A model generated the notes under the pieces. It had not been told where the DNA came from. It saw nothing but the letters and a program-made list of their open reading frames with translations, and did not search any database. Below are positions 1-8,924 of a stretch of 32,000 bases of DNA, one piece after another (within the stretch, counting starts at the first letter, position 1; the number at the start of each line of letters is the position of its first letter). A program made the translations under genes and the position numbers. The stretch comes from Nitrosospira multiformis ATCC 25196 (GTDB lineage: Bacteria > Pseudomonadota > Gammaproteobacteria > Burkholderiales > Nitrosomonadaceae): positions 2,670,001-2,702,000 of the forward strand of contig NC_007614.1 of NCBI RefSeq assembly GCF_000196355.1. The letters are read 5' to 3'.

Positions 1-40
1 GTCGTTCGGTGCAATGTAGTTTTTCAAATCGTTCATAGAA

Positions 41-68
41 GATACTTACGGCTAGATACTTACGGCTG
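41..68. repeat. 14-bp tandem direct repeat x2
   Basis: GATACTTACGGCTA (41-54) and GATACTTACGGCTG (55-68) match at 13 of 14 positions. The repeat lies downstream of the hpnD stop. Confidence 0.85.
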
Positions 69-155
69 GAAACAAATTCCGTTAAGAGGTTGCTCCCGGT
101 TTACAGCGATGAAGGCTCCATGGAAAGTGCCTTTGGGTAGCGCGGGAATAACGCT

Positions 156-998
156 TCATCCTTTCATCCAGGTTTTCCATGCTATCCAGAGCTTACGCAG
201 CGGCGTGAGGCTTATACGCTGCCGCATCACATGACATCCATCAGCCTTGATCTCCTTCAGCAAGGCCTGATAGATCGCCGCCATGATGATCCCGGAACGC
301 TGGCTTTTGCGATCCTCCTCCGGCAGCGCCGCAAAAGCGTTTGCATAATAACTTTCCGCCCGGTCGATCTGAAATTCGATTAAACGCCGGAAATTGTCTG
401 TTTCACGCGACTGGAGTATATCTTCATTGCTCACCCCGAAGCGCGCGAGCTCGTCCTGAGGCAGATAAATACGGTCGCGCCGGGCATCCTCGCCGACGTC
501 GCGTATGATATTGGTAAGCTGGAATGCCAGCCCGAGATCCTGGGCATATTCGAGCGTTTTCGGATTGCGGTAGCCGAATATCTCAGCGGAGCATAATCCC
601 ACTACGCTTGCCACATGGTAACAGTAGTGCCGAAGGGTATCGAAATCTGCGTAGCGGTTATAATCGAGATCCATTTCCATACCGTCTATGATCTCGTTCA
701 GACGGTCTGCGGTCAGATTGAACGTGCTTGCCACGCCTGCCAATGCCTGTGCCACGGGGTGGCTGGGCTTGTTTCCCCCTGCATCGAAGATCGCAGCAAC
801 TTCCTGTCGCCACCATGCAAGCTTTACTCGCGCTACTGATGCTTCCGTACACTCGTCCACGACATCGTCCACCTCTCGACAAAAAGCGTAGAGTGCAGTA
901 ATGGCACGACGCCTCTCAGGGGGCAGATAGAGAAAGCTGTAGTAGAAGCTCGAACCGCTTTGAACAGCTTTTTCCTGGCAATACTGGTCAGGTGTCAT
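156..998 (-). CDS. hpnD: Squalene/phytoene synthase family enzyme, HpnD-like (presqualene diphosphate synthase, hopanoid pathway)
   Basis: 280-aa ORF with SGSSFYYSF..LP..RR..ALYAFCREVDDVVDE and NIIRDVGEDARRDRIYLP. These are the two Asp-rich motifs of head-to-head isoprenyl diphosphate synthases. Length is typical of HpnD. Confidence 0.75.
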   Translation of the reverse strand: MTPDQYCQEKAVQSGSSFYYSFLYLPPERRRAITALYAFCREVDDVVDECTEASVARVKLAWWRQEVAAIFDAGGNKPSHPVAQALAGVASTFNLTADRLNEIIDGMEMDLDYNRYADFDTLRHYCYHVASVVGLCSAEIFGYRNPKTLEYAQDLGLAFQLTNIIRDVGEDARRDRIYLPQDELARFGVSNEDILQSRETDNFRRLIEFQIDRAESYYANAFAALPEEDRKSQRSGIIMAAIYQALLKEIKADGCHVMRQRISLTPLRKLWIAWKTWMKG

Positions 999-1204
999 GA
1001 TAAATTATTAAAAAGGCGATAATTTGTCATCGCTGAGCCCTCGCTGAAGCAAAAAAAGCACATTATCTCATCAATCACACTTGTCGCTGCGTTCCCCGGA
1101 CAAAACCCGTTCAACCAGTCGACAATCAGCCCGTTGTAGAGTGTCCAGATGGATTTCTGCAGGAATACCATGGGAATGCTGGCTGACGCACCGCCTCCGA
1201 TAAT

Positions 1205-1232
1205 AAAAAACCCCGCAGCCGCGGGGTTTTTT
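1205..1232. terminator. Bidirectional rho-independent terminator downstream of groEL
   Basis: aaaaaa-CCCCGC-agcc-GCGGGG-tttttt: a 6-bp GC stem flanked by an A-run and a T-run, about 44 nt after the groEL stop. Confidence 0.85.
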
Positions 1233-1275
1233 ATTGCACAGCTTATTGCACGATTGGTGCAGCGGTCGGCAAACC

Positions 1276-2946
<1,671 letters not shown>

Positions 2947-2986
2947 CTAATTTCCAGAAAATATTGTGCAAGACGTCTTGCGAAAA

Positions 2987-3277
2987 TTAACCTTCAACAA
3001 CGCCCATGATGTCTTCTTCGCGCATCACCAGAAGTTCTTCTCCCGATATCTTCACGGTCTGTCCGGAATATTTGCCGAACAATACCTTATCGCCGACTTT
3101 CACTTCCAGCGGACGGACATTGCCGTCGTCGCCGACCTTGCCTTTACCTACCGCGATAATTTCGCCCTGATCCGGCTTCTCCGCAGCGCTGTCAGGTATG
3201 ACAATACCGGATGCGGTCTTGCGCTCTTCTTCCAGCCGCTTGACGATGACGCGGTCGTGTAAGGGACGAATCTGCAT
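2987..3277 (-). CDS. groS: Co-chaperonin GroES (Cpn10)
   Basis: 96-aa [47 protein letters not shown], 52 nt upstream of groEL. Confidence 0.99.
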   Translation of the reverse strand: MQIRPLHDRVIVKRLEEERKTASGIVIPDSAAEKPDQGEIIAVGKGKVGDDGNVRPLEVKVGDKVLFGKYSGQTVKISGEELLVMREEDIMGVVEG

Positions 3278-3370
3278 GTTTTCTTCTCCTGTGTTTTAAA
3301 AAATTAAAACGAATGAAATCCTTCGGGATTGCCGCTGGCATGGGGTTTCCCGAGCCATTTACCGAAATTA

Positions 3371-3397
3371 TTAGCACTCAATGCCAATGAGTGCTAA
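3371..3397 (-). promoter_or_regulatory. CIRCE operator (HrcA binding site) of groESL
   Basis: TTAGCACTC-aatgccaat-GAGTGCTAA is a perfect match to the CIRCE consensus TTAGCACTC-N9-GAGTGCTAA, about 95 nt upstream of the groES ATG. Confidence 0.95.
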
Positions 3398-3426
3398 TAA
3401 TAGGGCTTGCGAAGCCGAATTTCAAG
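3398..3426 (-). promoter_or_regulatory. sigma32 (RpoH)-type heat-shock promoter of groESL
   Basis: The minus strand reads CTTGAAA-14 nt-CCCTATTA, against the consensus CTTGAAA-N13-15-CCCCATNT. The -10 element abuts CIRCE. Confidence 0.7.
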
Positions 3427-3586
3427 TGGATGACGAGCTCCGCGTACAACTTTTTTCCATTCTCTGCACCCTCCGATGACTTCGCCTATTATTGAATGGG
3501 AATGACCTCAGCCTGTCCCTTGAATTCCTTTCCTAGAGCGAAAACCACTGATTCTCTCAGTTCATCTTCAGTAAAAGGAGGCAAAC

Positions 3587-3994
3587 ATGCAAGCTACACA
3601 GCCTACGACTCAGTCCACCCAGACACCAAACCTATATCAGCTGAGCGGCAAAAACCTCAACATCACCTATTCGACCAGCGGCATAGATGGCAAGCCGCAT
3701 TTCAGCTATCAGGATTTGCAACAAACGCTCGACTTTACCGGCGATGAAATCCGAAGTGTGGAAACTGAAATCGGCACGCTTGTCAGCGTTACAATCCGAA
3801 TGACGGTGGATACAGGAGGAACTACTTTCAGCCTTTTGCTGCCTCGCATACATATACCCGGAGAGCAAACGGTTCCTGTACAAACCATCGGTATCACTAC
3901 TCTCCATCGATTCTCTGTCCTTCCGATAAGCGGACAGCGCGATTTCTACACCGTAACCCGTCTTCACGGGTCGGCGGGACGGGTGTTCTTCTAG
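3587..3994 (+). CDS. Hypothetical protein (135 aa, Thr/Gln-rich N-terminus, predicted beta-rich; no family recognised)
   Basis: Strong SD (aaaGGAGGcaaacATG). The ORF sits in a lower-GC patch. Its TAG stop lies inside the CTAG target site of the adjacent IS. Confidence 0.6.
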   Translation: MQATQPTTQSTQTPNLYQLSGKNLNITYSTSGIDGKPHFSYQDLQQTLDFTGDEIRSVETEIGTLVSVTIRMTVDTGGTTFSLLLPRIHIPGEQTVPVQTIGITTLHRFSVLPISGQRDFYTVTRLHGSAGRVFF

Positions 3995-4835
3995 GCTCAG
4001 GACTCATTAATTGAGATAGAAGATGACAGTTGCGGCGATACAGATGGCAGAGAAGAAGGTATGGGCACAGCGGTCGTAACGCATGGCGATCCTGCGCCAG
4101 TCCTTGAGCCGAGCGAACATGTTCTCGATCCTGTGCCTTTGCCTGTAGAGGGTCTTGTCGTATTTGATCTGGATTTTGCGATTCCTTTTTGTCGGTATGC
4201 AGGGCGTCATGCCTTTGGCACGCAACGCTGCCCGGAACCAGGCAGCGTCATAGCCGCGGTCTGCAATCAGGGTTTTGGCTTTGGGCAATGACGGCAGCAG
4301 CACACGTGCTCCCTTGTAATCGCTCATCTGCCCTTCGGACAGGAGCATGGCCACAGGCTTGCCCTGACCGTCGCAGACCACATGAAGCTTCGAGTTCAGG
4401 CCGCCCTTTGTGCGACCGATACGGCGGGGAACATCCCCTTTTTTAGCAGGCTGGCTGCCGTGCGGTGGGCCTTCAGATGCGTGGCGTCGATCATCAGCCT
4501 CTCGGGCGTTTCCTCTTTACCGGTCAGTTCCACAAAGATGCGGTTGAACACGCCCAGTCGGCTCCAGCGCACGAAACGGTTATACAGTGTCTTGTGCGGC
4601 CCGTATTCCCTGGGGGCATCCTTCCATTGCAGGCCATTCCGAATGACGTAGATGATCCCGCTGATCACCCGCAGATCATCAACACGGGGAACTCCGTGGG
4701 ACAAGGGAAAATAAGGTTTTATACGGTTGAACTGTGTTTCCGACAGGTAAAACAAATCTCTCATGGCAGCACCTCCGCCATAAGTGAATCACATTTGATC
4801 CTATTCGTGAATCATGAAATTAATAGGTCCTGAAC
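3995..4835 (-). mobile_element. IS5-family (IS427-group-like) insertion sequence, 841 bp, apparently intact
   Basis: Imperfect terminal inverted repeats: GCTCAGGACTCATTAATT (3995-4012) versus the reverse complement of 4818-4835, GTTCAGGACCTATTAATT. It is flanked by direct CTAG (3991-3994 and 4836-4839) and encodes a two-frame DDE transposase. Confidence 0.9.
4007..4764 (-). CDS. IS5/IS427-group DDE transposase, orfA-orfB joined by a programmed -1 frameshift
   Basis: orfA (4396-4764) reads MRDLFYLSETQFNRIKPYFP...LQWKDAPREYGPHKTLYNRFVRWSRLGVF. orfB (4007-4381) reads ..ADRGYD...YRQRHRIENMFARLKDWRRIAMRYDR. A slippery A-AAA-AAG heptamer at 4438-4444 gives, after a -1 shift, KKGDVPRRIGRTKGGLNSKLHVVCDGQG. 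Confidence 0.9.
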
Positions 4836-4863
4836 CTAGATGTTTTCTACGTTTCTGCTACGT

Positions 4864-4914
4864 TTTTGTCCCGCTGCATGACGGTATGAAGTATTGCCAT
4901 ATAGCGGGACAAAA
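4864..4914. repeat. Perfect 12-bp inverted repeat with a 27-nt spacer
   Basis: TTTTGTCCCGCT (4864-4875) pairs with AGCGGGACAAAA (4903-4914), about 25 nt right of the IS. Confidence 0.8.
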
Positions 4915-5054
4915 CATTCATATAAGCTGAGCGCTTACGCAAACCCATTAGAAATTCCCACTCTCCTTTCAACATCCCCCCAACTCCATCTGCTTGACAA
5001 GGCGATTACTCAACCTTGCGGAGCTTGTCAGCGCCACTTCCCTGGCGAATTCCT

Positions 5055-5081
5055 GTACTTCAGTACGATGGACAGGGCGCC
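5055..5081 (+). promoter_or_regulatory. Conserved 27-nt element, copy A (shared with the flp upstream region)
   Basis: GTACTTCAGTACGATGGACAGGGCGCC. The first 19 nt are identical, and 25 of 27 overall, to the minus strand of 20088-20114. It lies about 180 nt upstream of the ICMT-like gene. Confidence 0.55.
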
Positions 5082-5259
5082 GGGGACATTTCTAGAATGA
5101 GAACTCATATTCAGGAGGAATGCGGTGATTCCTGCGCTGTCCGCCGTTGCCGGATGCAGCTTGCGGGGCTGCTGCTTGCTGGCGGAGCCATGGCGTTTCC
5201 TCCCTTGAATACACGAATATATCGAACACATTCCAACTCATCAAACACAAGGATTTGCC

Positions 5260-5922
5260 ATGTCAGCTCGAATCGACGGTCGCCAAAGGGGTAAAGCGGG
5301 CATGACCCCATTGTCAAAAATACTGCACTCCCAACGGTTCCATATATACAGCGGCGTGCTGCTGGCAACGTTATTTGGATTCTTTGCCTGGGCGCACTTC
5401 AACAAGTACCTGGAAACTGGGGAATGGACACTGTTGCTGGTCATCCTTTCCGAAACCCTGACGACGGGATTCTTTATCTTCCGCAGCACTCCGCGAACTG
5501 TTTCCGTGGCGCTGTCCGACTGGCTGGTCGCTATCGCCGGTTCCTTCGCGCCGCTGTTGCTCCGCCCTGCAACCTGGGGGGTGTTTCCTGCCGCGAGCAG
5601 CCTCATTGCGCTCGGCACCCTGCTACAGATCGTCAGCCTGCTGTCCCTCAATCGCAGTTTTGCGCTCGTCGCGGCCAAGCGTGAAATCAAGACGGCCTGG
5701 ATGTACGGAATCGTGCGCCATCCGCTCTATGCCTGTTATTTTCTCGTGTTTGGCGGCTACGTGCTGGTGCATACGACACTTACAAATGTGCTTATCTTTG
5801 CGGCGACCATGGGATTTCTCTGGGTGCGGATCCAACGCGAGGAAAGACATCTTGCATTGGACCCGGCCTACCGCACTTACATGCTCCGGGTACCTTACCG
5901 GCTCGTGCCGTTCGTGTTTTAG
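5260..5922 (+). CDS. Isoprenylcysteine carboxyl methyltransferase (ICMT)/phospholipid methyltransferase-family membrane protein
   Basis: 220-aa multi-TM ORF with the C-terminal signature GIVRHPLYACYFLVFGGY...RIQREERHLALDPAYRTYMLRVPYRLVP. SD aAGGAtttgccATG. Confidence 0.75.
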   Translation: MSARIDGRQRGKAGMTPLSKILHSQRFHIYSGVLLATLFGFFAWAHFNKYLETGEWTLLLVILSETLTTGFFIFRSTPRTVSVALSDWLVAIAGSFAPLLLRPATWGVFPAASSLIALGTLLQIVSLLSLNRSFALVAAKREIKTAWMYGIVRHPLYACYFLVFGGYVLVHTTLTNVLIFAATMGFLWVRIQREERHLALDPAYRTYMLRVPYRLVPFVF

Positions 5923-5938
5923 CCGCCAGCGGACATAA

Positions 5939-5965
5939 TTGGTGAAAATACATTGGTGAAAATAC
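5939..5965. repeat. Tandem direct repeat, TTGGTGAAAATAC x2 (14-bp period)
   Basis: Copies at 5939-5951 and 5953-5965 are identical. The repeat is intergenic, between the ICMT-like and AAA+ genes. Confidence 0.9.
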
Positions 5966-6137
5966 GAATGGATCGCTCCATGTTTTCATCCTGCCGCTTA
6001 TATTCCCGGCCAAACAGTGGATGACTGCCCGATCATGAAAGGGGGCTCCCTATCCTCCCCGGGGTACGGTTCAAGCCCACAAATAACGGAATTTCGAATC
6101 AGGATTATCACGATTTTTAAGGCTCTTAAGACTCTAT

Positions 6138-7574
6138 ATGGCAAACCCTATCGGTGAACTGCTGGTTCGCGAAGGCCTGATCTCGTCTGCCCAACTGGCG
6201 CAGGCGGTTGCCCGCCAGAGGCAGGACAACGGCCGGCTGGGGGATATCCTCGCCTCGCTTGGCTTTCTCACGGCAAACCAGTTTCGCCAGTTCTTCCAAC
6301 CTGTTCCGCAGGTCCCGGTGAAGGTGGCGGACACGGGGCTGAGTGAAGCTTTTCTCACCGACCTGCTGCTCAAGGCCGCCTATCTCGAGGCCGGCACATT
6401 CTCCTTGCAGCAGATCTCCGATACGCTCTCTCTCCCGTTCAGTGTCGTCGATGAACTGGCGGAACTGATGAAGGCGGATCAACTGGTCGCCATCCGTTCA
6501 GCCACCGGCTACAGCCGGGCCTCCCATGTTCTCGAACTGACCAAGCGCGGGCGGGAAAGAGCGGAAGCCGCCCTCGACACCAGCCGTTATGTGGGCGCGG
6601 CGCCCGTCCCTTTGCGGGACTACAGCCGCGCCGTGGCACGGCAATGCGTCCGTCAGGTGGAAGTGGACGATCAATGGATACGCGACTCCCTCAAGCACAT
6701 GGTCATCGGCGAGAGAATGCTCAACCAGCTGGGCCCGGCGTTTGGTTCGGGGCGGTCCATCTTCTTCTATGGCCCCCCCGGAACGGGAAAAACGAGCATT
6801 ACCGAAATACTGGGCCGTGCGTTGCCGGGACACATCTATATCCCGCAGGCGATAGAGATCAGCGGCCAGGTGATTCGCCTGTTCGATCCCTCAATTCACT
6901 TCAGCGTGGAAGATGAATCCCCGGAAGACCCCGGGCTTGACCTGAGCCGGAGCGTGAAGCATGACCTCCGCTGGAAAAAATGCCGGCGCCCTGTGGTGAT
7001 GGTAGGCGGAGAGCTGACGCTCGACATGCTCGACCTGCGTTATGACGCCAGCAGCAAATTCTATGAAGCTCCGATCCAGATGAAAGCCGGAAACGGCGTA
7101 TTCATCCTTGATGACTTTGGCCGCCAGCAGGTGGAACCGCGCCAGCTGCTCAATCGCTGGATCATCCCCCTTGAGCGCGGTACCGATTTCCCCACGCTCC
7201 ATACCGGCCTGAAATTCGAGATACCCTTCGACCAGATCACGGTTTTCTGTACCAATCTGCGCCCGGGGGATCTGGTCGATGAGGCGTTTTTGCGCCGTAT
7301 TCGCCACAAGATACAGGTGCAGTACCAGACCGAAGACGAGTTCAGGGAAATCCTGCGGCGCGTGTGCGAGGGCCAGGGAATCGCTTACGACGCGGAAGCG
7401 GCCGAATATCTGCTGGATAATCATTACCGCAAGGCCGGGCGGCCGCTAACGGGCAGCCATCCGCGGGATCTGGTGGAACATATCGTGGATCGCGCGCGTT
7501 TCATGCGGCGGCATCCGGAATTGACACCCGAGACTGTGGACCTGGCCGCAGCCAGCTACTTCGTGGAGATGTGA
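6138..7574 (+). CDS. AAA+ ATPase with an N-terminal MshEN/T2SSE_N-like tandem motif
   Basis: 478 aa. Residues 4-27 (PIGELLVREGLISSAQLAQAVARQ) and 33-54 (RLGDILASLGFLTANQFRQFFQ) resemble the MshEN motif. Walker A is FFYGPPGTGKTS and Walker B is VFILDDFGRQ. The C-terminal region is AAA-lid-like. Confidence 0.75.
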   Translation: MANPIGELLVREGLISSAQLAQAVARQRQDNGRLGDILASLGFLTANQFRQFFQPVPQVPVKVADTGLSEAFLTDLLLKAAYLEAGTFSLQQISDTLSLPFSVVDELAELMKADQLVAIRSATGYSRASHVLELTKRGRERAEAALDTSRYVGAAPVPLRDYSRAVARQCVRQVEVDDQWIRDSLKHMVIGERMLNQLGPAFGSGRSIFFYGPPGTGKTSITEILGRALPGHIYIPQAIEISGQVIRLFDPSIHFSVEDESPEDPGLDLSRSVKHDLRWKKCRRPVVMVGGELTLDMLDLRYDASSKFYEAPIQMKAGNGVFILDDFGRQQVEPRQLLNRWIIPLERGTDFPTLHTGLKFEIPFDQITVFCTNLRPGDLVDEAFLRRIRHKIQVQYQTEDEFREILRRVCEGQGIAYDAEAAEYLLDNHYRKAGRPLTGSHPRDLVEHIVDRARFMRRHPELTPETVDLAAASYFVEM

Positions 7575-7599
7575 CGAAGGGTTGGAGATGTAACGAAGG
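7564..7599. repeat. Tandem duplication spanning the stop codon of the AAA+ gene
   Basis: TGGAGATGTGACGAAGG (7564-7580) and TGGAGATGTAACGAAGG (7583-7599) match at 16 of 17 positions. Confidence 0.85.
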
Positions 7600-7719
7600 T
7601 CCTTGGCGGAGCACTCGGCGCGCAGAGGGCAGCCGCCGCATCTGCACGCCCCTCACATCTGCCCATGGCTCGGACTCCGCGATACCCTGTGCTCTCTGGA
7701 GCGCCTGCTGCGCCTTGCT

Positions 7720-8907
7720 TTACTCGACGGCTCCGGCAGTTCCTTGCGCAATCTGCACTTTTTGCGGACTCTCCAGGTGAGCTACCTGGCGCACAGCGTC
7801 CTTGCCCAGCATCACCCGCACATGAATGTCCCTGCGGAGATTATAACTCTCCACTGTGGGGACCCCGCTCCCCCCTGGCATCAACCGGCTGATCTCCTCG
7901 GCCACTCCGGAATGGCCCGGCCGATAGTGTATTTCCGTCAGGGCCTGCTGATACGGCTGCCGGTCGGTGAGGCGTGCCCTGGCGAACCCGTTCTGCTGCA
8001 GAAAATCGGATACCTGCCTGGCCATGCCGGGTAAGCCATTGCCATTCGAGACCTCGATGCGGATGTCCTGGCCGGAAAACTTGCCCGAATCCTGCGGGGG
8101 AGCGGTCCTGCCGATGATTTTACCCGAAGGCATGGCTGTCATCGCCTCCGTTTCGGCCATCCGGAACTCGAACACACCGGGTGTAACCTGCAGCAGTCGC
8201 GCTGCGGCGCTGCATGACAACTTCTGTTTCTCGCCCGGTGCGGCTGCCATGGGAGGCGATATGGCCGATATGGCAGCAGAAGGAATACCAGCGGGAGTAC
8301 CGGCAGGAGTGCCGGGAGCAGGCGTTGGTATGGGTGCCGTGGGGGGTGCCTTGGTGGCTCCCACAGGGGCTCCAGAGGGTGCCACGGTCAGCGCAGCAGC
8401 CTTGTCGTGCAGTCCCGCCTTTTTGTAGACGGCGGCGAGGTGGCGTCGCGCCCGCTGGTTGTGAGGCTCGAGCAACAGCGCCCGCTCGAACGCTGACACG
8501 GCTTCAGCTTCCTGTCCGTGCACCAGGTGGGCATAGCCTAGATTATTGTGCAGATGGGCGGCCAGGGGGGCCATCCCGATCGCTTTCCGGAAATACTGCA
8601 GCGCCAGTTCATGCCGGTCCAGAAGGCAATGGGCCACGCCCAGGCCATTGTGCGCCTCGACATGACGAGGGTCTGCCTCCAGCGCCTTCTCGTAGGCTGC
8701 AATGGCTTCCGCATAGTCGACCTTGGCCTGGTAATATCGTCCAAGCTGATACAGCGCGTCCGCACTGCGAATCGCGTGGCGGACTTCCATCACCGGCTTG
8801 ACGTTAACAGCCTGCCCGGCCTTGTTCTGATACCACGGATACAACGTGCACCCGCTCATGAGCGATACGCAACCCATCGCCCATGCAAGCTGCTTGATTC
8901 TGAACAT
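7720..8907 (-). CDS. TadD-like TPR lipoprotein with a Pro/Ala-rich linker and a C-terminal LytR_C-like domain
   Basis: Lipobox LMSGC at residues 16-20. TPR repeats (YQLGRYYQAKVDYAEAIAAYEKALEADP..). The C-terminus reads IRIEVSNGNGLPGMARQVSDFLQQNGF...IHYRPGHSGVAEEISRLM...VMLGKD, as in LytR_C. It is the last gene of the tad operon. Confidence 0.75.
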   Translation of the reverse strand: MFRIKQLAWAMGCVSLMSGCTLYPWYQNKAGQAVNVKPVMEVRHAIRSADALYQLGRYYQAKVDYAEAIAAYEKALEADPRHVEAHNGLGVAHCLLDRHELALQYFRKAIGMAPLAAHLHNNLGYAHLVHGQEAEAVSAFERALLLEPHNQRARRHLAAVYKKAGLHDKAAALTVAPSGAPVGATKAPPTAPIPTPAPGTPAGTPAGIPSAAISAISPPMAAAPGEKQKLSCSAAARLLQVTPGVFEFRMAETEAMTAMPSGKIIGRTAPPQDSGKFSGQDIRIEVSNGNGLPGMARQVSDFLQQNGFARARLTDRQPYQQALTEIHYRPGHSGVAEEISRLMPGGSGVPTVESYNLRRDIHVRVMLGKDAVRQVAHLESPQKVQIAQGTAGAVE

Positions 8908-8924
8908 GATCAGTTCTCCGCTCG

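Noticed and set aside
1-36. Possible minus-strand gene start (MNDLKNYIAPND...) leaving the window
   Set aside because: Only 12 codons are visible, with no SD and no recognisable motif. It is too short to call.
5967-5980. 14-mer AATGGATCGCTCCA shared with 27436-27449
   Set aside because: A few exact 14-mer coincidences are expected by chance in 32 kb on both strands, and the flanks show no further similarity.
6068-6078. GGTTCAAGCCC, a tRNA T-loop-like word
   Set aside because: The flanks do not form a T-stem or acceptor stem, so there is no cloverleaf. It is not a tRNA or a credible tRNA fragment.
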